In this document: one piece after another, positions 1-9,345 of the stretch
Layout: each line of letters starts with the position of its first letter
Position numbering within the stretch: position 1 is the stretch's first letter
Virus record (IMG/VR): IMGVR_UViG_3300020060_000009
Origin: a virus
Taxonomy: Duplodnaviria > Heunggongvirae > Uroviricota > Caudoviricetes
Reading direction: 5' to 3' (one strand)
DNA: 64,000 bases
Made by a program: the position numbers and the translations under genes
Notes under the pieces: model-generated
Told to the model about the DNA's origin: nothing
What the model saw: the letters and a program-made list of their open reading frames with translations, nothing else
The model's database searches: none

Positions 1-197
1 TATCTTTACTAAGATATTTTAATTCACCTTGGCTTGCTTCAAACTCTGTAATAGGCGCTGTTGGCAATTTATTTGGGTTATTTACTTGCATTTGATTCAA
101 TCCGTTTCAGGCCCATTCGTTTACCATGTCTGGTTCCGACAAGAGCATTGTTTATTTTTATTGATAATCTCTGTGATAATGTCATAACTATTATAAC

Positions 198-494
198 TCA
201 TTTCTGTTTATTGAGCAACTCGTAAATAAGGACTGCTATACCACTAAGTATAAGAGTATACATAAGGAAAGTCAAGATACTTGTAGCGAGAAAAATTGCA
301 AATATACTAGCAACCCATATGGAGAGACAATAAAAGCAACTAACAAGATCGTACAGCCCACCCATACGTTTCTGACGCTGAGCTAATTTTGCTCTAAATC
401 TTACAAAGATGTCCAATGGGCCACGTTCAGACCACAACATGCGAGTTAATCGCCAAACAGCAACTCCTAATAGTACTAGAAGCCAAGAATCCAT
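198..494 (-). CDS. small integral membrane protein (DUF1360-like)
   Basis: 98-aa ORF with 3 predicted hydrophobic helices. No motif recognised beyond membrane topology. Confidence 0.4.
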   Translation of the reverse strand: MDSWLLVLLGVAVWRLTRMLWSERGPLDIFVRFRAKLAQRQKRMGGLYDLVSCFYCLSIWVASIFAIFLATSILTFLMYTLILSGIAVLIYELLNKQK

Positions 495-597
495 CTAATA
501 AGTTTTACCACTATTGATAGGAATATAGCAGCAATCCCGATGACGAACATGCCACCAGCAATCCTAACAGATAGTGGGTAATCTTGGTTATTTTTCA

Positions 598-993
598 TTA
601 CACTTCTTCCATTGGGATTGCAGCATCTTCTTCTGTTTCATCTGGGTGTTCTTCAATATATTTTAAGCGATCTTCATGACTTGTAATCGCATTTTTGTAA
701 ACATTGATTCGTCCTTGGTGAAACATTTTTTCTGTTTCTACAGGATTAACATTCTTTAGTAGACCTTCAAGAACAGCTTTACACTCTTCAAAAGAATAAA
801 AAGACATAGCAATAGGCTGGATCTCTTTTTTTAGTCCATTAATCATAAACCCGTATTTTACTTTTCTTGGTTCTAAGCTAGACGAACTGATTTGAACCGT
901 ATAATCTAAGGTATTGTCTTTAAACGCTAAACGAATAACTTTGCGGACTATCTTTTCTAGTTCCTGTACATTTTCTGTTTGTGTTTTTGTCAT
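598..993 (-). CDS. hypothetical protein
   Basis: 131-aa ORF, acidic C-terminus. Tightly packed with neighbouring minus-strand ORFs. Confidence 0.45.
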   Translation of the reverse strand: MTKTQTENVQELEKIVRKVIRLAFKDNTLDYTVQISSSSLEPRKVKYGFMINGLKKEIQPIAMSFYSFEECKAVLEGLLKNVNPVETEKMFHQGRINVYKNAITSHEDRLKYIEEHPDETEEDAAIPMEEV

Positions 994-1304
994 TATTTTA
1001 TTTGTCCTCTTAGTTTCTTTTGAGCATGATTTGATTTTGTGTAGTACGGTGGAGTTGTTGGACGCTGGCGACGAGCTGCACGATTCTTTGTGACCATGTT
1101 ACCCTCATTATCAAAGTAAGTAGTCACATCGCTAGAAAGTGTTACTCCTGGTTTCTTTGGTTTCGGGCCTTGACCAGGAAGACCACGGATTCTATTCGCC
1201 CAATATTGCTGCTTTTCAGGGGAGAGTTTTTTAACAGACTCTTCATCTATAAAAGTTGGTGGAACATATTTACGTTCTATTTTTTGTTTTGTTGTAGGGA
1301 CCAT
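993..1304 (-). CDS. hypothetical basic protein
   Basis: 103-aa Lys/Arg-rich ORF; start overlaps the stop of the upstream gene (ATGA-type coupling). Confidence 0.45.
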   Translation of the reverse strand: MVPTTKQKIERKYVPPTFIDEESVKKLSPEKQQYWANRIRGLPGQGPKPKKPGVTLSSDVTTYFDNEGNMVTKNRAARRQRPTTPPYYTKSNHAQKKLRGQIK

Positions 1305-1311
1305 ATACTAA

Positions 1312-2319
1312 TTATACCTGTTTTTTCTTCTTGTTGTCAAGTATTATATCTGTACGTTCGTTGGAGAATTTTAATCGCGCACAGACACCTATATTCACAT
1401 ACTTTGATATTTTAATACGTGAACTATCAGATTCATTAACGTGTGGTAGACCGTTCCAACTAAGTAGGTGTTTCCAAGCAAAGTCTGGATTACCATTCCT
1501 GCGATCACCCTCAAAGAGTAAAATATCTTTTAACGATGGGTATATTTTCAACACAGATTCTACCTCTGGTAAAATTCTTATAAGAACCCCCATCTTTTGG
1601 AGACTTGTCATGCCCTTTTCTACAGACTCTGATATAAGCAGCTTATCAAGTTCCTGTACCCAACGCTCAACAGATACATCGTAGATACGATCTGCGAGTT
1701 GCCTTGCCTTACCGATGAAATTGGGGTCAATTTCAAAATTATAACGAGCTGCAAAACGTGCCGCGCGAAGTATGCGAAGAGGGTCTTCTTGAATACGATC
1801 TTTAGGAAGCCCTACAGTTACAATTTGCTTGCTGTGGATATGAAGCTTGCCTCCGTATGGGTCATAGATAGTCCCATCTGGACGAAGTACCATCGCGTTC
1901 ATAGTGAAGTCACGACGAGCAAGGTCTTCGTCTAATGAAGCAACAAACTCTACTTCTGGCTTGCGAGACTTGCTTGTGTATACCTCAGAACGGAAAGTTG
2001 TTACTTCAACGTATTCGTAATCAGTGGCGACTACTTCACCAGTTTCATCTGATATGTTCACTGGGACCTTAAAACCAATAGTACCGAACTTCTTGCCAAT
2101 ACCATAAGACTTGCGCCCAGCCTTTTTAACGGCTGCTTCGATATCGTCTGGGAGCATAGGAGTAGTAAAGTCATAATCTTTTGGTTCATTACCCATAACA
2201 ATATCACGAACGGAACCACCAACAAGATAGACATCTTCTGTGCCAAGAATTTCAATTACTTGTTTTTGTATTGCTAATGCTTTTTCCATATTAATCTCTC
2301 TGTTCGCCTCTAAGGTCAC
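1312..2319 (-). CDS. cca: tRNA nucleotidyltransferase (CCA-adding enzyme, class II Pol-beta family)
   Basis: N-terminal motif GGSVRD...DYDF, which is the class II nucleotidyltransferase GGxVRD/DxD signature. RILRAARFAARY matches the head/neck region of CCA enzymes. Consistent with many phage tRNAs, some lacking an encoded CCA. Confidence 0.8.
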   Translation of the reverse strand: MTLEANREINMEKALAIQKQVIEILGTEDVYLVGGSVRDIVMGNEPKDYDFTTPMLPDDIEAAVKKAGRKSYGIGKKFGTIGFKVPVNISDETGEVVATDYEYVEVTTFRSEVYTSKSRKPEVEFVASLDEDLARRDFTMNAMVLRPDGTIYDPYGGKLHIHSKQIVTVGLPKDRIQEDPLRILRAARFAARYNFEIDPNFIGKARQLADRIYDVSVERWVQELDKLLISESVEKGMTSLQKMGVLIRILPEVESVLKIYPSLKDILLFEGDRRNGNPDFAWKHLLSWNGLPHVNESDSSRIKISKYVNIGVCARLKFSNERTDIILDNKKKKQV

Positions 2320-2626
2320 CTAATTTAATCTCTTCGCCTTTATACTCAAGATACACGGTAGTGACGTCAGAATAATAACCGTTTTGAACTGAACGCGCTT
2401 GACACCACTTAGGCATACCGTCTTTAGATGTTAGAGCAAAGCCATCTTCTTTGAGCGTTATTTTTTTAGCAAATTGCTTAGCTGTCATGTCTGGAAATTC
2501 TTGACCAACTTCAAATTGTTCAAAGTCTAGATAATTAGATGCGCAACAGTCTTCATCACCAACACCTTTAACAACTAAGCCATTATCAAACTCTAATAAA
2601 TCTTCTTCTGATTTTAATAATTTCAT
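2291..2626 (-). CDS. hypothetical protein
   Basis: 111-aa ORF in the operon. Confidence 0.4.
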   Translation of the reverse strand: MKLLKSEEDLLEFDNGLVVKGVGDEDCCASNYLDFEQFEVGQEFPDMTAKQFAKKITLKEDGFALTSKDGMPKWCQARSVQNGYYSDVTTVYLEYKGEEIKLGDLRGEQRD

Positions 2627-3312
2627 TTTCCCATCCTTATGCTATACAGCAATTCATCAATCTTTTTCCAATTAGGCTCGTCCGGAAGGATTGATTTAAT
2701 ATCTTCCATCTTTCTATCTTCAATAATGAAGGCGTCAACAACCGTTTCTGGTGTCTGTTCTCCCATCTTGAATAACCATTCTCGCTGCTCAGGAGTCACT
2801 CTAACGGTTAATTCGCCTGTTTCGAGAAGCTGTCTACATTGTAGCAGTAAACGGAAGCAATGTCTAGTGTGTTTTGCAAAACGGTTTTTAAGAGCACTAT
2901 CGTACCCCTCTTTACCCTCTTCCTGCCTCCTACTCAAGTCCATAGCTTGACCAAGAGCATAACCTCGATATGCGTTCGTGACTGCCGGAGTTGATAGAAA
3001 GATTTTGCGGTTATCTACTAACAATTTGCCAATAGGATTAAGCACAGTATAACTTTCAAGCCACAATAGTTCAGACACAGTTGGATTACCCCCACCAGCG
3101 AGCTTCATAAATTTACCAACTTCGTGATAAACTTCGTCTGGATTAGTGTTCTGTATGGTAGTTTTTTGTGGATTAAAATTGATACCTAGAACCGTGCTAG
3201 TAGGTAGTAAATATATACCTTTAACATCGGTATCACTAGACTCAGTTGCAAGCCCGTATGCTCTTGAGCCTACGACTCCCTCAAGTATAATTCGGTTTGG
3301 CTTTTTGTTCAT
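2623..3312 (-). CDS. predicted nucleotidyltransferase (GSxAYG...DxD minimal NTase fold)
   Basis: N-terminus VVGSRAYGLATESSDTDVKGIY resembles the Nuc-transf_2-type motif hGS.ayG..t..SD.D. Lies next to the CCA enzyme. Confidence 0.5.
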   Translation of the reverse strand: MNKKPNRIILEGVVGSRAYGLATESSDTDVKGIYLLPTSTVLGINFNPQKTTIQNTNPDEVYHEVGKFMKLAGGGNPTVSELLWLESYTVLNPIGKLLVDNRKIFLSTPAVTNAYRGYALGQAMDLSRRQEEGKEGYDSALKNRFAKHTRHCFRLLLQCRQLLETGELTVRVTPEQREWLFKMGEQTPETVVDAFIIEDRKMEDIKSILPDEPNWKKIDELLYSIRMGK

Positions 3313-3901
3313 TTTCTAACCTTTTGTTTTCCCAGCGTTTTTTCGCTGCATCAGACATTCTCTTTTTCCATTCGTCTGACATCGTACGCCCTTTTAGCGC
3401 TTTACTCAACGATGCGCTTCTTTTTTTGTTGTAGTCTTCTTCTCTATATTTGGCTTTCATTTTTTCAGAAAAGTTCTCTTGCCAAACTGGGTCTTGCCAT
3501 CTTCGTTTTAGGGCAAGTGATATATTAGCTCTATGTTCATCTGATATTTTTCTGCCCGTTAGTGTTTTACTGATCTGCGATTTTTGGTTTTCAGTTCGAA
3601 ACCCATTTCTTCCACCAAGAGTACCGTTATAGCCGTCTGGATGTATACTATTATGCGCCACAATCTCAGATATTTCAAGAGCATTTAATTCATTTACGAG
3701 ACTTTCACTGTCTTCGGCTTCGACTATATGCAAAACTACATGTTCAAAGTTTTTCCAACCATATTTTTTTATTGCCGAGCCGAATATAGTCGCAGGAGCA
3801 TATCCGTGACCAGAATCCCAACGCCTCTTTAATGTCCCTAACGTCTGCCCTATGTACGATTTACCCGAAGGTGATGTGTGTTTATAAATATAACCAATCA
3901 T
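3281..3901 (-). CDS. GIY-YIG homing endonuclease with NUMOD3 repeats
   Basis: N-terminus IGYIYKHTSPSGKSYIGQT (GIY...YIG) and a conserved Arg/Glu/Asn region. Repeated ISDEHRANIS / MSDEWKKRMS segments are NUMOD3-like DNA-binding repeats. Confidence 0.75.
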   Translation of the reverse strand: MIGYIYKHTSPSGKSYIGQTLGTLKRRWDSGHGYAPATIFGSAIKKYGWKNFEHVVLHIVEAEDSESLVNELNALEISEIVAHNSIHPDGYNGTLGGRNGFRTENQKSQISKTLTGRKISDEHRANISLALKRRWQDPVWQENFSEKMKAKYREEDYNKKRSASLSKALKGRTMSDEWKKRMSDAAKKRWENKRLENEQKAKPNYT

Positions 3902-4111
3902 ATATTATCAATTATAAACTAATCGCCTTCTAGGATAATGTTATTTGGTTTCATAGTTCTTCTTCCAGTGCTATACATATCAACGCACGACGCGCTAGGA
4001 TGCCTCTATATATAAGAGTGCCTTCAACATCTCCGATGGTTTCCGCACTCGCTATTCGTGACTCCCAAAAAGCAACTTCTTCTTCTGTATGTGGCTTTGG
4101 GGCATCTTCGT

Positions 4112-4363
4112 TCATAAGTTCACCTTGTACTCGACTACTTTTATTGTTTCTGGGTCAGGTTTTGGATGAAATTGCATCGCGGAAGACAATGCCTTCTTGG
4201 GAGATAGATATGCCTGCACCCCACGCTTCACATATTTAGGCTTACCGTTGTGGCCAAGCGGATGCCAAAACTCCCCTGTAGATTTATCAATTAGAACGTA
4301 TATTGGCTTCACGCTGTCCCTGCTCCCCTTCTCCGACGTATGGCTTACGTCGCTTGCCGTCAT
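4112..4363 (-). CDS. hypothetical protein (internal start of ORF 4112..4492)
   Basis: C-terminal 84 aa from an internal Met looks protein-like (lysine-rich). The N-terminal part of the long ORF overlaps 4287..4577. Confidence 0.25.
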   Translation of the reverse strand: MTASDVSHTSEKGSRDSVKPIYVLIDKSTGEFWHPLGHNGKPKYVKRGVQAYLSPKKALSSAMQFHPKPDPETIKVVEYKVNL

Positions 4364-4577
4364 CTTGTTTTGCCTCTGCCACTTTAATGGCTTCTGCCAA
4401 ACCTTTTCTAGAACTCCTAAGAGCGTTAAAACGTTCTTTTTCTTCTTCTGTAATAATAGGAGCATTATTAATAGCCACCTGTACAGCTCCAAGCAATGCT
4501 CTCAGCTCATGTACGCCAACTGCAATGACATATTGTATCTTATTCTGTGGCGAATATTCTTCGTGCCTATATCTCAT
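4287..4577 (-). CDS. hypothetical protein
   Basis: 96-aa ORF. Overlaps an alternative ORF at 4112..4492, so only one of the two long frames is likely real. Confidence 0.3.
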   Translation of the reverse strand: MRYRHEEYSPQNKIQYVIAVGVHELRALLGAVQVAINNAPIITEEEKERFNALRSSRKGLAEAIKVAEAKQDDGKRRKPYVGEGEQGQREANIRSN

Positions 4578-4855
4578 ATCTTTATGTTCATTTCTTGTAA
4601 TTTTTCTATAAAATCATCATAAATAGTTTCGTAGTCATCTGTCTCATAACGACTAGCTAACTTTACTAGACGGCTGCTAATAGCGCTACCAACACGACCA
4701 CGAATACTGACATTGCCATCAGGTAAGCAAGTTCCAGAAAGAATTGTATTTTTTGTTGGGTCCACTACAATAGCAATTCTAATAGTGTAATTAGACTGTG
4801 GTGAATAAGCCACTAAATCACCCTTACCCAGTGTAGAGCCAAGAGCGTCTTTCAT
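4574..4855 (-). CDS. hypothetical protein
   Basis: 93-aa ORF; stop overlaps the upstream start. Confidence 0.45.
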   Translation of the reverse strand: MKDALGSTLGKGDLVAYSPQSNYTIRIAIVVDPTKNTILSGTCLPDGNVSIRGRVGSAISSRLVKLASRYETDDYETIYDDFIEKLQEMNIKI

Positions 4856-5820
4856 TACTTTATCTCCTTCACGTAACGACCCTTAATTCTGTCTTCTTCA
4901 CTGTAATAATTACCATACTCACGCTTAGCCTTAAACAATGTGTCAAGTAGCTTACCGTCGGTGTCTTTAAGTTTTAACTGACCCGACTTTGTTCGCGCTG
5001 GAGGCGTTCCTGTGGAGAATGAAATGTAAGTACGATCTTTCAATTCTTCTTTTAAAAATGTTTCAAGGTCTTCTGGCAAACCATTCTTGTGGGTGTAAGT
5101 GCTTAGGCTAATCCATGCTGTCATTTTAACTGGCTTTTCTAGTTTACGATATTTTGTTGCCTTACGTGAACCCCAGCGATAACTGCTGTAACTCTCTTCG
5201 ACTTCATAAGTCTCCAGAGTATCCCATACTTCGCCAAGACAAATATCAGTCTGGGTAAGAGTAGAATAAACACCTCCTATTTCCCAGTTCTTAGTCTTTT
5301 TAGCCTTTTTGAGGTCTGACTTTTGTTTCATGTCAGCTATTGCTTCTTTATAGGCTTCCATGTTTTCATGAATAAACCCAGGAACACCGCCCTTACGAAC
5401 GAACATAACTTTCTCTCTTATCACGCCCATGTCGATATGGCTATTGCGTATAAGATCAACAAGCAAAGCATCGTTCACGCCGATAATAAACTTTATGCCA
5501 TCTTTCTCAACTTCACAAGCTAAGAACGACAAACGGCCACCCTGTGATGAACCCCCAGCAGACTTAAGGATTTTTACAGTGAAGCCACCATTGTCGAATG
5601 TCTTAACGTCAGGCTCATATATTTTGGTATATTCTTTCTTAGCATAGTCATAGTTACGATCACGCGCCCAGTCCTTAGCAGATTCTAGACCTCTTTTATC
5701 ACCATGTTCTACAACGTATCCTGTAAATGTCCAAGTACTAGGCGATGTCTTTATTGCGACATCTATCTTGTCCATCATTTTCCAGCCATTATATGACATT
5801 ATAGATTCTCCAAAACCCAA
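4855..5820 (-). CDS. hypothetical protein (321 aa)
   Basis: Long ORF with no recognisable catalytic motif. Confidence 0.5.
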   Translation of the reverse strand: MGFGESIMSYNGWKMMDKIDVAIKTSPSTWTFTGYVVEHGDKRGLESAKDWARDRNYDYAKKEYTKIYEPDVKTFDNGGFTVKILKSAGGSSQGGRLSFLACEVEKDGIKFIIGVNDALLVDLIRNSHIDMGVIREKVMFVRKGGVPGFIHENMEAYKEAIADMKQKSDLKKAKKTKNWEIGGVYSTLTQTDICLGEVWDTLETYEVEESYSSYRWGSRKATKYRKLEKPVKMTAWISLSTYTHKNGLPEDLETFLKEELKDRTYISFSTGTPPARTKSGQLKLKDTDGKLLDTLFKAKREYGNYYSEEDRIKGRYVKEIK

Positions 5821-6119
5821 CCTGCAACAAGTTCTTCAGCTCGATCACGACCATCGTAACGATTATCATAAGTCTTTTTAGCCAATGCTTTTAATTCTTC
5901 AAGATCAAGAATCCAACCATCATAATCACCGTCCCAACAAGAACAACCATTAGAATCAATCCAAGTATACTCACCATCTCTTACAAATAGTGAGGATGTC
6001 TCTTCTTCATAGTCTTCACTTGTATCATGAGAAACTAAAAGTTGTCCAAACTTCTCAGCCATCTCTTCTTCTCGACTCATTTTAGAGTCCCAATTGTGTC
6101 TATATGTTACTGGTTTCAT
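5799..6119 (-). CDS. hypothetical protein
   Basis: 106-aa acidic ORF. Confidence 0.45.
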   Translation of the reverse strand: MKPVTYRHNWDSKMSREEEMAEKFGQLLVSHDTSEDYEEETSSLFVRDGEYTWIDSNGCSCWDGDYDGWILDLEELKALAKKTYDNRYDGRDRAEELVAGWVLENL

Positions 6120-6331
6120 ATATTATTCTTAAACCCTCTGACGCCCAATTGATCTTTTGGGACAATCACGTCTTCGTATACTTTAACTATTTTTAACCAA
6201 GCATCTTCATTTTTAAGCTTGACTTGATTACCCTGCTTTATCAAGTCATCCTGTTCAACCCAAGTTGTCATCTGGCGACCAGTAGTAATAGACTCTAGGT
6301 CAATCTGGACCATTAAAGGAGAACTACTCAT
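6116..6331 (-). CDS. hypothetical protein
   Basis: 71-aa ORF, translationally coupled. Confidence 0.4.
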   Translation of the reverse strand: MSSSPLMVQIDLESITTGRQMTTWVEQDDLIKQGNQVKLKNEDAWLKIVKVYEDVIVPKDQLGVRGFKNNI

Positions 6332-6738
6332 TAGTTTTGATTACCTTGTTCTCTACTGGCGCGAGTCACCCACTGAATAACTTCAATAGTTTTAGGTTCT
6401 ACTTCAAGAATTGGACCATCCCATTCGCTAGAGTCCCAGCTATCGTAAAGACCAGTCTTTAAGAAGTAACGCATGTCGCTTCCCCAACCAACAGTCATAA
6501 CACAACGCATGTTGTGGTCGCCACCCTCTTCACCGTCGAAGAACTCTTTACATTTTAGTGTTACTTCTTGGTCATTCCCTATCTTTTTAAAAGTAATAGG
6601 AAATGTTCCTTCTCGCCAAAATTCAAACTCGTCTGTAAAAGGAAGCTTAATAGGGAGATCAGGAAACATTTTTTCAATCAAAATAGCTTCGTTAATAGCT
6701 GCCTGTAGTTGATCGACTGTAAATGTTGTCTTACTCAT
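6331..6738 (-). CDS. hypothetical protein
   Basis: 135-aa ORF. Confidence 0.45.
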   Translation of the reverse strand: MSKTTFTVDQLQAAINEAILIEKMFPDLPIKLPFTDEFEFWREGTFPITFKKIGNDQEVTLKCKEFFDGEEGGDHNMRCVMTVGWGSDMRYFLKTGLYDSWDSSEWDGPILEVEPKTIEVIQWVTRASREQGNQN

Positions 6739-6837
6739 TACTTTCCCCTTTTGCTAATTTAGCCTTTTTACAATCTCCACGCTTATGAACAATTCCGCAG
6801 TAAACGTGCCTATATTTACGATTTACATTACTAGCCA

Positions 6838-7161
6838 TTAGATTCTCTCATATTCTGTGCGTTGCACTTTTGCTGCCTTCACCTCATATAGTTCTCCATC
6901 AAGTTCTCCACCATCGTAAGAAGCGTACCAACCTTCCTTGCGAAAGAATTGATCGCCGACCTTAAACACTACCCAAAACTCGTCACCAGAACCTTCACCA
7001 CCGTACTCATCAACAAACTTTAAAGTTCCAAAACCTGTAACTTCTATATCTTCTTGTTCGCCTTTTAGATCGTAGTAAACACCACCACCATAAGTTGATT
7101 CATAACCAGCTTCTTCAAATTCACTTATTTTCTCTTCTACTTCTTTTGCTGTAAAACTCAT
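6838..7161 (-). CDS. hypothetical protein
   Basis: 107-aa acidic ORF. Confidence 0.45.
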   Translation of the reverse strand: MSFTAKEVEEKISEFEEAGYESTYGGGVYYDLKGEQEDIEVTGFGTLKFVDEYGGEGSGDEFWVVFKVGDQFFRKEGWYASYDGGELDGELYEVKAAKVQRTEYERI

Positions 7162-7170
7162 ATATACCCT

Positions 7171-7938
7171 TTATAATTTTATTAGTTTATTACTATTATC
7201 TTTATGAACTTGTACATAATTAACATCCGGCGACCATAGCGCTGCGAGATTCTCGACAATAAATAATGCGAACCAACCTCTAGTAAGCGATGTAACTGTT
7301 CTGCGGAGTGCCCATGCGTAAGCTCTACGAGGGCTATAGGTATAGTTGGACGGAATTACCAAACGCTCCAAAGCTGTAGCATATACCTCTTCTCTTACAC
7401 ATTTAAGCTTATCCTCAAATGGCATAGCCTCCCATTTTGATTTATCTACTTTTACTTCTTCGTCATCTGCTAATATTCTTTCGTAAAGTGGAGTGTCATA
7501 GTAAGCAACAGAAGCATGGATAGAATCGTGAACATAAATTCTGACAACCTTATCATTAAAGAACTCACCTGCCATCTGATTAAGATTAGCTTTTTTATTA
7601 CCGTGAATTTCTAGCCATATCTTATAAAGCACTTTATAAAGAGGCCCTATAAGCTTTGCGCCATTCTCTTGCATTAACATAATATCTCTGGCGTGTTTTT
7701 CCCATGTGCCGTTGCGCAAATCCCAAAATATATGAGACACCTTAATGGAATAAAGTTCATCTAAACTAGCAGTTCTATCAACATCACTAAAATATTCCTT
7801 TAATGACTCGTGACTAAAAGGGTCATTACCACCCTTTTTAGGTTTCATGACTTCATCAGTGAAATAATCAACGTCCTGCGGAGTGCGACCAATATCAATA
7901 TGCTGTACTAGAGCAGTTGAGCCCACCAAGATTTTCAC
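7171..7938 (-). CDS. hypothetical protein (255 aa)
   Basis: ORF with a possible DVDYF Asp pair, but no secure family assignment. Confidence 0.45.
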   Translation of the reverse strand: MKILVGSTALVQHIDIGRTPQDVDYFTDEVMKPKKGGNDPFSHESLKEYFSDVDRTASLDELYSIKVSHIFWDLRNGTWEKHARDIMLMQENGAKLIGPLYKVLYKIWLEIHGNKKANLNQMAGEFFNDKVVRIYVHDSIHASVAYYDTPLYERILADDEEVKVDKSKWEAMPFEDKLKCVREEVYATALERLVIPSNYTYSPRRAYAWALRRTVTSLTRGWFALFIVENLAALWSPDVNYVQVHKDNSNKLIKL

Positions 7939-8483
7939 GAAACAAAGTCTCTGTATCCACGCATTAACAATCTCTTTAAGAAATTAGGGCGCTTAGTCTT
8001 GGGGACAGGTGTTACTTGGCTCTTAACTAACCCAACTGTATACTCGATTCTTTTAAGAGTCTGTAGCTCTTGAGAATCTGGCTTATAAGGTGAAACAGTG
8101 TTACAGTCATCGTAATCATCGTTGTCTTCATAGCCAAATAAGTTAAACGGAGCAAATATCTCTCGTTTCTGCTCGTCACTTGCATCAAACGGGACAACCG
8201 CCAATGCTGTAATAGAATAAGCGCTAATCTCATTTACACCCTCGTCAATGTAATATTGTGAATAAATACGAGCACTTTTTAAATATTCATGTAAGTTTCT
8301 GATTTGTTCAGAGTTTTCTGCTTCCAGAACTACCACAGTTCTCCTGTAGTTGTCCGCAAATTGATTACTACCAGCAACACCTTGCAACATCATAGCTGCA
8401 TGAACAGCTTGAGCTGCTGCTTTACCCGCACTCATATTAAGTTCTTTGTTCAGTACAACGTATAGTATTGGATTTTCTCTCAT
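7935..8483 (-). CDS. pth2: peptidyl-tRNA hydrolase, PTH2 family
   Basis: ILYVVLNKELNMSAGKAAAQAVHAAM aligns to the PTH2 signature ([25 protein letters not shown] in human PTRH2). The following beta-strand region is also conserved. Carries a C-terminal ~60-aa acidic extension. Confidence 0.75.
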   Translation of the reverse strand: MRENPILYVVLNKELNMSAGKAAAQAVHAAMMLQGVAGSNQFADNYRRTVVVLEAENSEQIRNLHEYLKSARIYSQYYIDEGVNEISAYSITALAVVPFDASDEQKREIFAPFNLFGYEDNDDYDDCNTVSPYKPDSQELQTLKRIEYTVGLVKSQVTPVPKTKRPNFLKRLLMRGYRDFVS

Positions 8484-8537
8484 ACTACTATTGTACGAGC
8501 TTGTGGTTAAAAAAGCAATACCTTTTTTAGATTTTCG

Positions 8538-9335
8538 TTAAACTAATCCCCATCGTGCAAGCTGTTCAAAACCTCCGAGGTGTTCTATATATTGTCTAGC
8601 AATCCCCACTATTTCCGAGTATTCCTTGCCATCAATCTTCTCGTCACCAATTGCACAATGAAGTTCAACAACTTCACCTGTCTCTTGCGCTTTAAGATGT
8701 GCATAAATATTCACAGCTACATCCGCTTTAGATAAGTCTTTACCGTGTAGACCACCACCCGTAACAGCTTCACCCATATCAGAGCCTAGTTTGCGATTTG
8801 TAGCACCAGTGTCGGCATCTAGCCCACCTGTCCAATAACCGAGTGGGTTAATGACAAGATCATGCTTATACAGCTTAGACAAAAATTCGTTTAAAACAAA
8901 TGTAGAAGCATAAGACTGACAAACGATTAACCTATTGCCAGCTAAAATATACTTACCATCTGTTGGGAAATTATCGTAGATTGTTTTAGCAATATCAGAT
9001 AAATCAGAAATATCTTTTTTAATAGGGACACCCTTAAAGATACCATTATCTCCAGCACGAGTTTCATCCTCTTGGTTCTTAGCTAACTCTACATCTTGAG
9101 GAACCTCAATATATTCAACTGTCAGATTACCAGCAATACGATTAACTATATCTTTGACAATCCAAGTGTCAATATTCACCGATGTCTCGCCAATGATATA
9201 CACCTTACCATGTCCAATGAGAACCTCGAATGCGCATCTTGGTTCATCCTCTATCTCATAAGCATAATCAACTAATGCGCCAGCAATACGATCTGCAACT
9301 TTATCTGGGTGTGATGGGTTTACTTTTTCTATCAT
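8538..9335 (-). CDS. metK: compact S-adenosylmethionine synthetase (MetK/MAT-like, ~266 aa)
   Basis: PSHPDKVADRIAGALVD matches the MetK N-terminal SEGHPDKxxDQISDAxLD motif. RAGDNGIFKG matches GAGDQGLMFG. TGGGLHGKDLSKADVAVNIYAH matches [23 protein letters not shown]. About 100 aa shorter than bacterial MetK. Start taken at the internal Met preceded by an AGGA ribosome-binding site. Confidence 0.7.
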   Translation of the reverse strand: MIEKVNPSHPDKVADRIAGALVDYAYEIEDEPRCAFEVLIGHGKVYIIGETSVNIDTWIVKDIVNRIAGNLTVEYIEVPQDVELAKNQEDETRAGDNGIFKGVPIKKDISDLSDIAKTIYDNFPTDGKYILAGNRLIVCQSYASTFVLNEFLSKLYKHDLVINPLGYWTGGLDADTGATNRKLGSDMGEAVTGGGLHGKDLSKADVAVNIYAHLKAQETGEVVELHCAIGDEKIDGKEYSEIVGIARQYIEHLGGFEQLARWGLV

Positions 9336-9345
9336 ATATTCCTCT

